Origin: Candidatus Obscuribacteraceae bacterium
Lineage (GTDB): Bacteria; Cyanobacteriota; Vampirovibrionia; Obscuribacterales; Obscuribacteraceae
Assembly: GCA_044226015.1 (NCBI GenBank)
Contig: JBGAHS010000009.1
Coordinates: 357,272-421,271 of the forward strand
Length of the DNA stretch: 64,000 nucleotides
Reading direction: 5' to 3'
The notes beneath the pieces are model-generated. The model searched no databases and had not been told where the DNA came from. It was given only the letters and a program-made list of their open reading frames with translations. How positions within the stretch are numbered: the first letter of the stretch is position 1; every line of letters begins with the position of its first letter. A program made the translations under genes and the position numbers. Below, one piece after another: positions 10,910 through 22,120 of this stretch.

Positions 10910-11598
10910 GACTGCTGAAACTCAGAGAGTAGTTTTGACAACAGTAGTTTTATGCTGTTGGCAAAGGCACCATTAACGCTGAGTTTTGATTTTCCTAAAA
11001 GTGAAGGGTCAACTGCAATTTCATGAAAAGGCGATTGACCCAGTTTTGCATGAATTTCATCAACTATTGCTTTGGGCTGCCAACTTGTTTTGTTTATGAC
11101 AACTCTGCATTTGTCACGAACCGAATCGGGTGAGCCTTCCAAAAATGCCTTGGTTGCAGCAATCTTCGACCAGTGGTTTTCTGTTAGCAGAATGATTGTG
11201 TCAGCTATATCAAGACCAGCTTGCAATTCTGGAGCTAGGAAAGTGGAGGGTAAATCGATAACAGTAAATTGAAACACCTTTTGACAATTAGAAAAGTGAT
11301 TTTTCCAGTCATGCAAGTCTGATACTGTCGATGGTGGCGCTGGAAAAAACTTCAATTTGTTTTGCCCAGTGACGGTTAATTGCGGAATAAATGGTGAGTT
11401 CAGATTGATGGCTACTGGAAGGCGGTCTTGTGGTAAAGATGCATTCGTCTTCAGTAATGAGCCGATGTTTGAGAAATCTGAATGCGTGTCTACAATTGCA
11501 GTTTCTGATTTCTCTGCAAACCTATGAGCCAGGTGCACAGCCACGGTGCTTACACCAACACCGCCACTTGGACTGAAGACTGCAAAGATCTTGTTCAT
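10906..11598 (-). CDS. CpaE/TadZ (MinD/ParA-like) protein
   Basis: SPSGGVGVST, IVDT, FTVIDLP, VVINK; ATGA overlap with the next gene. Confidence 0.75.
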   Translation of the reverse strand: MNKIFAVFSPSGGVGVSTVAVHLAHRFAEKSETAIVDTHSDFSNIGSLLKTNASLPQDRLPVAINLNSPFIPQLTVTGQNKLKFFPAPPSTVSDLHDWKNHFSNCQKVFQFTVIDLPSTFLAPELQAGLDIADTIILLTENHWSKIAATKAFLEGSPDSVRDKCRVVINKTSWQPKAIVDEIHAKLGQSPFHEIAVDPSLLGKSKLSVNGAFANSIKLLLSKLLSEFQQS

Positions 11599-11733
11599 GA
11601 TGCATTTAAGATAACATGCCCATCTTTGTTGAGGAATACTTTTTGCCGGGCGGGCTTCGTAAGCAAAATGCGCTTCTAACTAGGATCGGAAGCTGCTTCA
11701 ATTTGCTGTTCTCAACCAGAGTATTTTAAAAGC

Positions 11734-11761
11734 AAAAAAGCGAGCATATAGCTCGCTTTTT
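11734..11761 (-). terminator. Terminator closing the 16S transcript
   Basis: aaaaaagcgagc-atata-gctcgcttttt. Confidence 0.8.
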
Positions 11762-11989
11762 AGATGTATCAAGATTTGAACCTTGATGACTGAATAGCCT
11801 CGAACGTCCTGTCTACCTCTTCTTAACTAGTATTTGAGTAGATCCTATTTTTTTTAATCCGACTAGTTAAGCATCACTGGTACCGACCTGTGAGATTGTG
11901 CTTTTGAAGTCAAAGCCCGTGAGAGCATTTGACCGCACCTTTGTTGGAAGTCAACCCAATATACACCATGGGTCTATCCAAAATCTCCC

Positions 11990-13484
<1,495 letters not shown>

Positions 13485-13633
13485 CTAGACTCGACTGGAG
13501 TACAGTCATGTCTAAGAGTGTTTGAAAGCCTACTCAAATTCTTGACAGGATTCGTCTTTGGCTATTCAGTTATCAGGGTTCAAAATTTCGCTCGCTCGCA
13601 GCGATTTGCACGCCGCATCTCGAACGTTCATAA

Positions 13634-13662
13634 ATAGTACCAAGCGCAATCCGAAGTGTCAA
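13634..13662 (-). promoter_or_regulatory. rRNA sigma70 promoter
   Basis: TTGACA (13662-13657), 17-bp spacer, TACTAT (13639-13634), ~150 nt upstream of mature 16S. Confidence 0.8.
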
Positions 13663-13973
13663 ATCTCGAAACCCACAAAACAGGTGATCTTGTAGTTCTG
13701 TGAATAGATTTCCTGTACAGGTTTCCTTAAGGATCCATTTTGGCATCTATTGAAGTACCGGTAAATAAGGGCTTTTCGGCGATCAAGATTTTGGCTCTAG
13801 AAATCAAAAAACGTTTGATCGTTGTGTCAAACATCATGCATTTTTTTCTTGATTCGATATTTTCGGGTCCGGAAATCCCGCTTTTCAAGCCGAACTTGCA
13901 TACATATATAAGTACTGGATGCTTAGCGTTTGATAAGAAACGGATTCAAAATGCTGGAAATTCCTGTGCTAAT

Positions 13974-15116
13974 TCAGAAGGAATTGCGCAGTTCTCTCGC
14001 GAGAATATTGGGTGATGTAGCCTTTCTTGCCCCAGTGATCACATACACTCTAGATCCACTTGTTCCACACATAAGATAGGAATCGGACATCTTACAGATG
14101 AGTTCGTTGTTTCCACGCTGCACAGTTTTTTTGCTCAAAGAAGCCATGTTTTCTGCGTATGTGTTGAATGTGTTTTGTGCCGTGCCTGAGTTGGAATATT
14201 CAGTAAGAAGCAGTTTCAGTCGTTCTGCAATTGGTCTTGAATAAGCGTAGTCAGCATAAGCTGCGCCTTGAGAATGGTCCAAATTCAACGACTCAATAAA
14301 AGGTACATTCGAATAATGCATGGCTGACTTAGATCCCATGAAGTATCTCTCGCTGCCTTTCAATCTCTCAAAATGAGGCAGGGCTGCAATAACTTTCGGT
14401 TCTTTCGATTCTGCTTGTTTCGTCGGAATCAAGGACGTTATTTTGTCGGCCAGCTTGATGAGGACTTCTTTTGCTTCATCATCATCTTCTTCAGAACTAT
14501 CCAGTATGAGCAGGAACTTAGCAGAGTGGAACGTGATGCTTCTCTCGTCCTCTGATGAGCCATCTCCTCTAGCTATAAAAGTAGATGAGCCCTCCCTCAT
14601 AGTTGAATATGCACCGAAGGCTCCGTCAGAAGTTTTGAAACGCAAGAGATAGACTGTGCAAACTCTATGTCCACGCTTGAATTGTTTTTCCGTGACATTG
14701 CTGCAGCCATATTCAATTAGTACAGAGCTTGGCTTTCGTGCAATTTCCTCAATGGGTTTATTGTCACTATTTAGTAACTGGTTTTCGGCAAGATGTATGG
14801 AACTGCCTGCTTTTGCTTCCCATCCTTGAACCGAAAGCGTGTCAAGAAAAGCTGCATCACGCTCGCCATCGGAGGTGAAAATTCTAGGGGACGGTGCAAC
14901 TGGTGGCATCGATGAAGCCTTCGTTACAGAGTCTAAAACTGGTGCTTGTTGAATATATGTACCGGGTTTAGTGCTGGTAGATTGCTTCTTTTGTTCTGTC
15001 TCGTCAGCGTACGAAACGTCCATTCCAAGCCCAACACAAAGCAAAATGGCTTGATAGAAAGCATGACACTTTCGCAAAGCTACCTTCTTATATATAGGAT
15101 GGATTTTTTCGAGCAT
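13974..15116 (-). CDS. Exported hypothetical protein (DUF6599-like)
   Basis: 380-aa ORF with N-terminal signal-like segment; YLLRFKTSDGAFGAYS motif. Confidence 0.65.
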   Translation of the reverse strand: MLEKIHPIYKKVALRKCHAFYQAILLCVGLGMDVSYADETEQKKQSTSTKPGTYIQQAPVLDSVTKASSMPPVAPSPRIFTSDGERDAAFLDTLSVQGWEAKAGSSIHLAENQLLNSDNKPIEEIARKPSSVLIEYGCSNVTEKQFKRGHRVCTVYLLRFKTSDGAFGAYSTMREGSSTFIARGDGSSEDERSITFHSAKFLLILDSSEEDDDEAKEVLIKLADKITSLIPTKQAESKEPKVIAALPHFERLKGSERYFMGSKSAMHYSNVPFIESLNLDHSQGAAYADYAYSRPIAERLKLLLTEYSNSGTAQNTFNTYAENMASLSKKTVQRGNNELICKMSDSYLMCGTSGSRVYVITGARKATSPNILARELRNSF

Positions 15117-15348
15117 CTAAAAATCACCCGAGTAACTCATCGAAGTAAAGCAGATTCCTGCTTATAAGAATACACAAGTTTCTACTTATTAAATCCTGTT
15201 ATTGTCATGTGGAGAGCGGCTGCTGCGGCTCTTTGTGATTGTACTTTCATGATTGCCATTTCATTCACCTGGCTCTTGTTGCCGAAAGCATGAGTTTCGG
15301 CTGCTCGTGATATTTATATTTTGCTGTCACCGCTGGTGGTATCAAGTC

Positions 15349-15506
15349 AAAGAGCTCACCTGGGCGGAGGTGAGCTCTTTATTTGGGCTATGTATTACCG
15401 GGTGCTTTGAGTGAGGGAGGGAGGTTGAACCCGGTAATTTTGTTTTGGGCTATGTATTGTCGGATGCTTTTGAGTGAGGGAGGGAGGTTGAACCCGACAA
15501 TTTCGT
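15349..15506 (-). ncRNA. Candidate multi-hairpin sRNA with CU-rich (anti-SD-like) loops; 5' end undefined
   Basis: Two 62-63 bp tandem units, each a 10-bp stem with compensatory changes between copies, followed by a 13-bp terminator-like stem. Confidence 0.6.
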
Positions 15507-15848
15507 TTTCGTGGTCAGCAATCAATTCTCATTTGAATGTGAACGGGGGGGCGATGTCCTTGATTCATGAGTCTTGCTTGCTGTTTTGGCTTTCGCCGTT
15601 TCGGTCTCCTATTGTGTTCCGCTTGCGCGGTGCGTTTCATGCTTATAACTTTATTCTCGCTGATGGATCTTTTTCGGGCACGCTTGTGACTTTTTTGGGG
15701 CGGCGTCTTAAATCAGTTTCTTCAGAAACATCAGGACAAAGCAAACTAGCATTCAGGGAAAACCCCAGCTTGCATTCAACCTATTTCTGGCAGATGTTGA
15801 ATCCCCTTAGGTCTAGACTGAGAAAGTTAGATAAAAGAGGAATGCGCT

Positions 15849-16895
15849 ATGTCGTCGAAACGCTTACTGCTCGCTTCAGCTTGCCTCGTTGCTGGGTCCA
15901 TCCTCCTATGTAGCGGCATCCAGGCAAAAGACGCTGAGCCTTCAAAAGCTAAGCCTAAAATTGATTTGGCATTTTGTATCGATACAACAGGTTCGATGCA
16001 AGGTGAAATCGATGTGGTAAAGACCAAAACAAAGGAAATCGTAGCAAAGTTGAGCGGAACGAAGCCCATTCCTGAGATTCGCGTTGGGCTTGTTGCTTAT
16101 CGAGATCGCGGTGATTCTTATGTGACCAAAGTCTTCCAGTTTTCAGGAAATGTTGACCAGGTTGTTAAAGATATATCGTCTTTGCAGGCTGATGGTGGTG
16201 GAGATGAACCCGAAGCTGTGAACGAGGCCCTGCACGCAGCAGTGCACGACCTGAGCTGGAGCAATGACAAAAAAGCCGTCAAGCTTCTTTTCCTCATTGG
16301 CGATGCTGGTCCTAGCACTTATCCAAATGATTACAATTGGTCTACCGAGAGTAAACAGGCTATTGCTAAGGGAATCCAAATTAACACTATTGCCTGCGGC
16401 AATATGGCCGCATCAAGCGCTGCGCATGAAGTTTTTGAAAAAATTGCAAAGTTATCCGACGGCAAAAGTGAATTTCTAACTTACAAGCAAGACATTGTTG
16501 ATGCTAGAACTGGTAAGCATGAGATGTTGGTTGCTTCGGGTGGCAAGACATATAAACTCTCCAAGCCTTCGTCTTATAGTTGGAAATCTGGCGCCGATAG
16601 CTTGATGGCTCGAGGTGCATTGGCTCCTCTTCCATCTGCATCGTATACTTCGAGTCTTGCTGGTAGTCATGCAAGTGACGCAGGGGCAAGCTACGGTGAA
16701 GGGGCGACGAGTTTCGCGGCGCCTATGGCACCTTCAGCTAGAGTTGCAGGACGATTGCATCCTTCTGCAACATCGATGCGAGCTGCATCCTACGGTGCAA
16801 GTTCTGTCGGTCGATCTGAAAGCAATCTCGATGATATTGTTTTGGGTGCCACCAAAGAAGCTGCAAAAAAGAAGGCAAACATCGAGTACAAATAA
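15849..16895 (+). CDS. Secreted VWA-domain protein
   Basis: Signal peptide; DTTGSM MIDAS motif, VAYRD, GGGDEPEA, IGDA. Confidence 0.88.
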   Translation: MSSKRLLLASACLVAGSILLCSGIQAKDAEPSKAKPKIDLAFCIDTTGSMQGEIDVVKTKTKEIVAKLSGTKPIPEIRVGLVAYRDRGDSYVTKVFQFSGNVDQVVKDISSLQADGGGDEPEAVNEALHAAVHDLSWSNDKKAVKLLFLIGDAGPSTYPNDYNWSTESKQAIAKGIQINTIACGNMAASSAAHEVFEKIAKLSDGKSEFLTYKQDIVDARTGKHEMLVASGGKTYKLSKPSSYSWKSGADSLMARGALAPLPSASYTSSLAGSHASDAGASYGEGATSFAAPMAPSARVAGRLHPSATSMRAASYGASSVGRSESNLDDIVLGATKEAAKKKANIEYK

Positions 16896-16915
16896 TCTAG
16901 TCCATTGCGGAAAAG

Positions 16916-16948
16916 AAAAGGGATGCGAGGTGTGTCGCATCCCTTTTT
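16916..16948. terminator. Bidirectional terminator
   Basis: aaaagggatgcga-ggtgtg-tcgcatccctttt between convergent genes. Confidence 0.8.
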
Positions 16949-16949
16949 A

Positions 16950-18380
16950 CTAATATTTTTTCTTGTAGCGTCCTTGCACAATTGCGTCGAATATTTCTCC
17001 CGGCGCGAGATGTTCGTTGCTGTTCATCACTCTATCGTAGAGCTCGTCTGGCAATACCCGCAAAACGGTCATCAGTCCTTTTACGCCTGACTGCCATCCT
17101 TTCCTCATTCCACGAACTTCTCGCCTGGAAAGAATTTTTGCCATTCGCTCGGGGCTCATTTCGTCGCTCATCATCATTCCCACCATTCCCTGTGGAAATC
17201 CGGGATACTGCATTCCTTTTTCCCCTAGAATATTTACTGGGTCTGGAGTGTCAGGCATTGCAGCGATGTATTCGTTAGTGATCGTAGCCTGTCGCATTCG
17301 AGGACCAATTTGTCTGACCATATGATTCATCATGTGGTGGGTCATGTGGCAATGAAAAATCCAGTCACCAGGGTTGTTGGCTATAAATTCGAAATCTTGT
17401 GCCATTGCCACACCTAGGAGAGTGTTGTTTCGAGGAATCCAGGCGGACTCTGGAATTCTTCCCCCCTCAGTTCCAGTAAGCCAGAACGTGTGTCCATGGA
17501 AGTGAATCGGGTGATGTTGAACCGGGCTGAAATTAACAAGCCGAACTCTAACTCTCTCACCATGGCGCACCACCATCGGTGTTGTGAAAGGTCCCGAACG
17601 ACCATTGATTGTATGCCAGTTCCAGTCCATCAAGCTTGAATCTACAATTGACGAATTAGGACCGATATAAAAGTTCTGATATACAAGCGCGAAGTCTCTG
17701 TCAACTGAAGGTTCAAAAGCAACTCTTGGATGAACAATGAATAGTCCCATCATCCCCATGGTTTCTTGCATAGCAACATGCGAATGGTAAAAGAACGTTC
17801 CTGTTTGGTGCAGATCTAATTCATAGACGAAGCTCTGACCAGGTTGAACTAAACTCTGAACCAAGCCTGGCACGCCATCCATTGCTATGGCTAGCTCGAA
17901 ACCATGCAAGTGTAAGGAGGTTGCTTCGGGCAGATCATTATGTAGCACTATGCGTATACGGTCACCTTGATACGCTTCAATGACTGGTCCGGGTACGCTG
18001 CCGTTATAGCCCCAAACACTCATGAACTCGCCAGGCAGAAACTCTTGACGAACAACCATGCTTCTTACATGGAATTCCTTCACGCCGTTAACCATCTTGT
18101 ATTCGAGTTTCTTCGAGTCTGGTGCGTGGACTGGCACTGGCGCCTGGTTAGGTGCTCGCAAGCCAGGCATCAGTTTACCCAGATAGTACTTATTGTCTGT
18201 GGGTCCGCCGTAGCTTGGTTTATATCGAGAATACTCATGAAACTGATTCGGTTCGTTATGGCTGATTGAGATGTGCGGGGGTGAACTTGCAGCGTGCGCT
18301 TCTTTGCCCAATAGTGATGCAAGAGTGAATGCTGACCCCGCCGAGATAAAGTCTCTTCTTGAATTTTTCTTCTCTGTCAT
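16950..18380 (-). CDS. Tat-exported multicopper oxidase
   Basis: SRRDFI Tat motif; HLHG, YHSH, HPIHFHG and HCHMTHHM copper ligands. Confidence 0.92.
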   Translation of the reverse strand: MTEKKNSRRDFISAGSAFTLASLLGKEAHAASSPPHISISHNEPNQFHEYSRYKPSYGGPTDNKYYLGKLMPGLRAPNQAPVPVHAPDSKKLEYKMVNGVKEFHVRSMVVRQEFLPGEFMSVWGYNGSVPGPVIEAYQGDRIRIVLHNDLPEATSLHLHGFELAIAMDGVPGLVQSLVQPGQSFVYELDLHQTGTFFYHSHVAMQETMGMMGLFIVHPRVAFEPSVDRDFALVYQNFYIGPNSSIVDSSLMDWNWHTINGRSGPFTTPMVVRHGERVRVRLVNFSPVQHHPIHFHGHTFWLTGTEGGRIPESAWIPRNNTLLGVAMAQDFEFIANNPGDWIFHCHMTHHMMNHMVRQIGPRMRQATITNEYIAAMPDTPDPVNILGEKGMQYPGFPQGMVGMMMSDEMSPERMAKILSRREVRGMRKGWQSGVKGLMTVLRVLPDELYDRVMNSNEHLAPGEIFDAIVQGRYKKKY

Positions 18381-18384
18381 GCTT

Positions 18385-20082
18385 TTATCTCGGCTTTGGA
18401 ACTGCATCGATGTGACCTGGAGGATCTATTCCCGGAGGCGGCGTCAACGCTCCTGTCAGAACGAAACCATTCAGAAGTGACTCCGCCTTACGCCATGAAT
18501 ATAATTGATTGACGTAATCCATCCTCAGTGCAAAAAAGTCGCGCTGCGCTTCAAGCACCTCCGGCCACTCTGAGCGTGTGTTCCTGTAACTGTTTAGCAT
18601 GAGGAGATAACGTTGTTCAGCCTCCGGGAGAATTGTGTTCTGATACGAAACAACATGCTGCACTGCGGATGAATAGTCAGCGTAAACTTCAGCAAGGTCT
18701 TTTCTCAACCGTAGCTCCGTGAGTTTTACCTGTGCTTTTTGCCTTTCCAGATCCGCTTCTGCCTGTTGCACAGTGCCTTGATTGCGGTCGAAAAGCGGAA
18801 TGTTCACTATGCTTACTGTTGCTTTTGCAGCAGCACCTCTATCCAGTGGATCATATCCAGCTCCACCCGAGAGCACCAGATTTGGTATCTTTTGTCTCTT
18901 TTCTCGTTTTAGGGTGATTTCATCTGATCTTAGCTTTTCGTGACTCTCTGATAACTCAGGGCTGCTCTCGAATAGATGCTTCAATGTGCTTTCCCAGCTG
19001 ATTGTATCTGGGGTTCCATCGAAAGCACCATCAGGGTTCCGATATGGCATTGTTACGCCTGCAACTGCGGTGAGTTCTTGCCAGGCACCATTCAGGTGAT
19101 TCTGAGCTTCTAAAACGCTAAGCTTTTGTTTTTCCAGTCTGATTTTCGCCATATGAAGAGAAGCCGTGTTAGCCTCTCCTAGATTGAACATTTCGTTGCT
19201 TGTGAGCCAACTATCCGTTAACGACTTTTCCAATTGTTTCTCTAACTTGAGTCTTTCAAGGCATGCTTGCAGTTTGAAAAAATGGATTTTGGTATCATTA
19301 ACGACTCTGTTTTGCTGAGCTAGTAGCTGTCGTTTTGATGCTTCCGCGCGTGCTTTATATTTCTCACGACTCAACTTAAGCTTTCCACCAAGAATGATTT
19401 CTTGCTCGACATAAGAACCTTGAAACTCACCGGCACCATTTCCTGGACCTGGCAATCCCATCAAATCGCCATTATATGAAAGGCTAGGGTTAGGAAACAG
19501 TCCTGCTTGTAAAGCTTGACCCAGCGCTGCTTTTATCTGTGCTCTGGCTTGAATTAGCGTGGGGTTGTTTTCTTGTGCCATTTTGACCATTGCATCGAGA
19601 GTTATGGTCGCTGCCTCGATGGGATTTTGAACTGAGAGCCATTGTTGTTGTCGCCCAGCGGGAATTTGCTTAAGAGGCTGCGGCATATCCATAATGCCCA
19701 TATCCGTGCTGGGATCCATCTTCATGCTGGGATCCATCTTCATGCTGGGATCCATCTTCATGCTGGGATCCATCTTCATGCTGGGATCCATCTTCATGCT
19801 GGGATCCATCTTCATGCTGGGATCCATCTTCATGCTGGGATCCATCTTCATGTTGGCTTCGGATTTATTTTTCTTCGCTTTACGCTGTGGAACTGCGGCA
19901 AGACTTAAGTTACTGTATCCGGTGCTCTGGGAGTAGGCACTCAGGCAACTTTGACCGAGAATCGAAAAGAACAAAACCGATATTATTACTAACTTGAATG
20001 ACACAATTGAGACAATGATTCTGGCTAGACTAATGCATAGTACCATCGTGTGGATACGGGTACAATCAGGTCCAAAGAGCAT
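18385..20082 (-). CDS. TolC/CusC-family outer-membrane efflux protein with a Met-rich repeat (start uncertain, 20004-20082)
   Basis: NNPTL, FPNPSL and IPLFDRNQG OEP motifs; adjacent to the copper oxidase. Confidence 0.88.
   Translation of the reverse strand: MLFGPDCTRIHTMVLCISLARIIVSIVSFKLVIISVLFFSILGQSCLSAYSQSTGYSNLSLAAVPQRKAKKNKSEANMKMDPSMKMDPSMKMDPSMKMDPSMKMDPSMKMDPSMKMDPSMKMDPSTDMGIMDMPQPLKQIPAGRQQQWLSVQNPIEAATITLDAMVKMAQENNPTLIQARAQIKAALGQALQAGLFPNPSLSYNGDLMGLPGPGNGAGEFQGSYVEQEIILGGKLKLSREKYKARAEASKRQLLAQQNRVVNDTKIHFFKLQACLERLKLEKQLEKSLTDSWLTSNEMFNLGEANTASLHMAKIRLEKQKLSVLEAQNHLNGAWQELTAVAGVTMPYRNPDGAFDGTPDTISWESTLKHLFESSPELSESHEKLRSDEITLKREKRQKIPNLVLSGGAGYDPLDRGAAAKATVSIVNIPLFDRNQGTVQQAEADLERQKAQVKLTELRLRKDLAEVYADYSSAVQHVVSYQNTILPEAEQRYLLMLNSYRNTRSEWPEVLEAQRDFFALRMDYVNQLYSWRKAESLLNGFVLTGALTPPPGIDPPGHIDAVPKPR
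19708..19851. repeat. 8 perfect copies of an 18-bp unit encoding (MKMDPS)8
   Basis: gctgggatccatcttcat x8 read directly from the sequence. Confidence 0.97.
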
Positions 20083-20108
20083 CTGGAAGATATGTCAAAC
20101 TTATATAA

Positions 20109-22118
20109 CTAACTTTGCTTTGGTGACTTTAGCGCTTCAGTTTGTTTTCGAATCTTTGCTATCCATTCATGGATTTCCGGAATCTTAGCTGTTCCTACGT
20201 TAGTGCGCTCAATCAAAGCAAGTAGATCTAAAGCAAAAGATTCAGCTAACGCATATTCTTTTTTGTCATACATGTGACGTGAGAGATGCATAATAATTAC
20301 GTCAGTATGCTCGCAGACGGTCACCATTTCTGCTGGATTTTCGGCTAACAGTTCTTTCTCAATTCCCTTGCCGCTAATGTTTGGCGTGTACGCTCCAGCA
20401 TACTCTACAAGAGACTTCTCGTAATTTTTCAGTATATTCAGTGCTTTTGTCCTTTGCCCCATTAAACTGTGAATATCATAGGACTGCAGCATAGCAGCCT
20501 CCTGGGCATCTGGACCACCGCGTGTGCTTTTGAGCGAAAGCTCAATTTCTTTCAATGCAAGGTCATAATTTCCCTCAGTCCTTGCAATTTCGGCAAAGAA
20601 CAAATGTGCTGAACCAACATTAGTTCTAGGGTAATGTGGCTGTAGCAGCGCTGAAATCGAGTTCGACTTTAACGTCGGATCAGCCTCCTCCATGCGCTCT
20701 TTGAGGCGCAGAGTCTTAATAAGTAATTCTTTGGCTTCTTTGTTCTTGTTAAGATCGTAGTAGATTTTTGCCAGCTCAAAATATGGTTCAGCACTTTCAG
20801 CTGTGTCTTCTCCTTCGGCGGTTCGAGAGTACTTAAGTGCTTCGTTCATACTGTGTAGCGACTCACTATCTGGCTTGCGAAGTTCGCGCTCAAGCCTTCC
20901 TTTTTCTATATTTGCAAGGAAAAGTATCTCTCTTTGATTAGGTGTTTTGAACTTTCTGTCAAGAAAGGATGTCAGTCTGCTCAGGCTGGTCGCAGCGTAC
21001 TTTGCATCAATGTTCTCATCTGAGCGTTGAAACTTGTATCTTGTATCTGCCAGCTCAGTGAGAATCTGATTCAAGTCTCCTTCAACAGTTTGGCTATTGT
21101 GCTTCTTCTTGCTGATGGATGATTGTGCCTTGGGCTGTTTTGGTAATGCGAGATCCCTGTGCTTTGGCATCAGCAGGGTAACTGTCCCTGCCACTGTAAG
21201 AAGTGCGAGAATTGCTATGGACGGTCCTGTTAGCGAATTCTCCTTTACTTTATTTGTAAGCAAACTTTTGCATGCCGCATTCATATCTTCCATGCTTGAA
21301 AAACGCAGCTGCGGGTTTTTGTCCATGCCTTTTTCGATAAACAGTTGTGCATATTTTGGACTTTCGCCGCTTTTGAGTGATTTGATTTTTGGAACTTTGT
21401 CGTTCATATGCTGATAAATAACAGCCATCGAATTCTCAGAGTCGTATGGTGGCGTTCCAGCGAGCATTTCAAAGAATGTCGAACTTAGCGAATAGATGTC
21501 TGTTCTGAAATCGACTTTTTGCCCCTGGCACTGCTCTGGGCTCATATAGTTGACTGAGCCAATCAAGAGACCTGTCTGAGTTAGTTTCTGAATCGTTTGA
21601 TGATTCTCCGGCGTCGAAAATTTTGCCAGTCCGAAGTCGATTACTTTGACAAAATCGGCGTTAGGGTCATCTTGGAGAAATATGTTTTCTGGTTTTATAT
21701 CTCTGTGGACGACTCCCTCTTTATGGGCAAAAGACAAAGCCTTGCATACCTGACTACAGACGTGACAAGCTCGTTCAAGGCTGAGTCGGCCTTCTTTCTG
21801 AATCAGAGCTTTTAAACTTTGTCCTGGTAATAATTCAAATGCTATGTATGGCAGCCCAATAGCAGCAATACCCAGATGGTAAATTGTCACTATGTTTTCA
21901 TGACGTAGTTTATTGAGCAGAACAGCTTCTTGCAAAAATCTGGCTTTCATTTCAGGGTCTTGAGCCCATTCATGATGTACCACTTTTAGAGCCACCAGGC
22001 GATTTATGTCTACCTGTCTTGCTTTGAAAACAGTCGCAACTCCACCCGAGCCAATAGCTTCGATCAGTTCGTATTTTTCATCGAACAGCTCGCCCGCTTT
22101 TGGAACATAGTCTGACAT
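20109..22118 (-). CDS. Ser/Thr kinase with TM and TPR-like domain
   Basis: GSGG, VALK, HRDIKPEN, DFG, SPE. Confidence 0.93.
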   Translation of the reverse strand: MSDYVPKAGELFDEKYELIEAIGSGGVATVFKARQVDINRLVALKVVHHEWAQDPEMKARFLQEAVLLNKLRHENIVTIYHLGIAAIGLPYIAFELLPGQSLKALIQKEGRLSLERACHVCSQVCKALSFAHKEGVVHRDIKPENIFLQDDPNADFVKVIDFGLAKFSTPENHQTIQKLTQTGLLIGSVNYMSPEQCQGQKVDFRTDIYSLSSTFFEMLAGTPPYDSENSMAVIYQHMNDKVPKIKSLKSGESPKYAQLFIEKGMDKNPQLRFSSMEDMNAACKSLLTNKVKENSLTGPSIAILALLTVAGTVTLLMPKHRDLALPKQPKAQSSISKKKHNSQTVEGDLNQILTELADTRYKFQRSDENIDAKYAATSLSRLTSFLDRKFKTPNQREILFLANIEKGRLERELRKPDSESLHSMNEALKYSRTAEGEDTAESAEPYFELAKIYYDLNKNKEAKELLIKTLRLKERMEEADPTLKSNSISALLQPHYPRTNVGSAHLFFAEIARTEGNYDLALKEIELSLKSTRGGPDAQEAAMLQSYDIHSLMGQRTKALNILKNYEKSLVEYAGAYTPNISGKGIEKELLAENPAEMVTVCEHTDVIIMHLSRHMYDKKEYALAESFALDLLALIERTNVGTAKIPEIHEWIAKIRKQTEALKSPKQS

Positions 22119-22120
22119 AA

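Noticed and set aside
15382..15506. Mini CRISPR array
   Set aside because: Only two abutting units, no unique spacers and no cas genes
15383..15913. 176-aa plus-strand ORF
   Set aside because: It runs across the repeat/hairpin region, has a TTG start and overlaps the VWA gene; variation between repeats follows RNA pairing rather than codons
19642..19936. (HLHAGI)n and (LGSIFM)n ORFs
   Set aside because: Antisense shadows of the MKMDPS repeat
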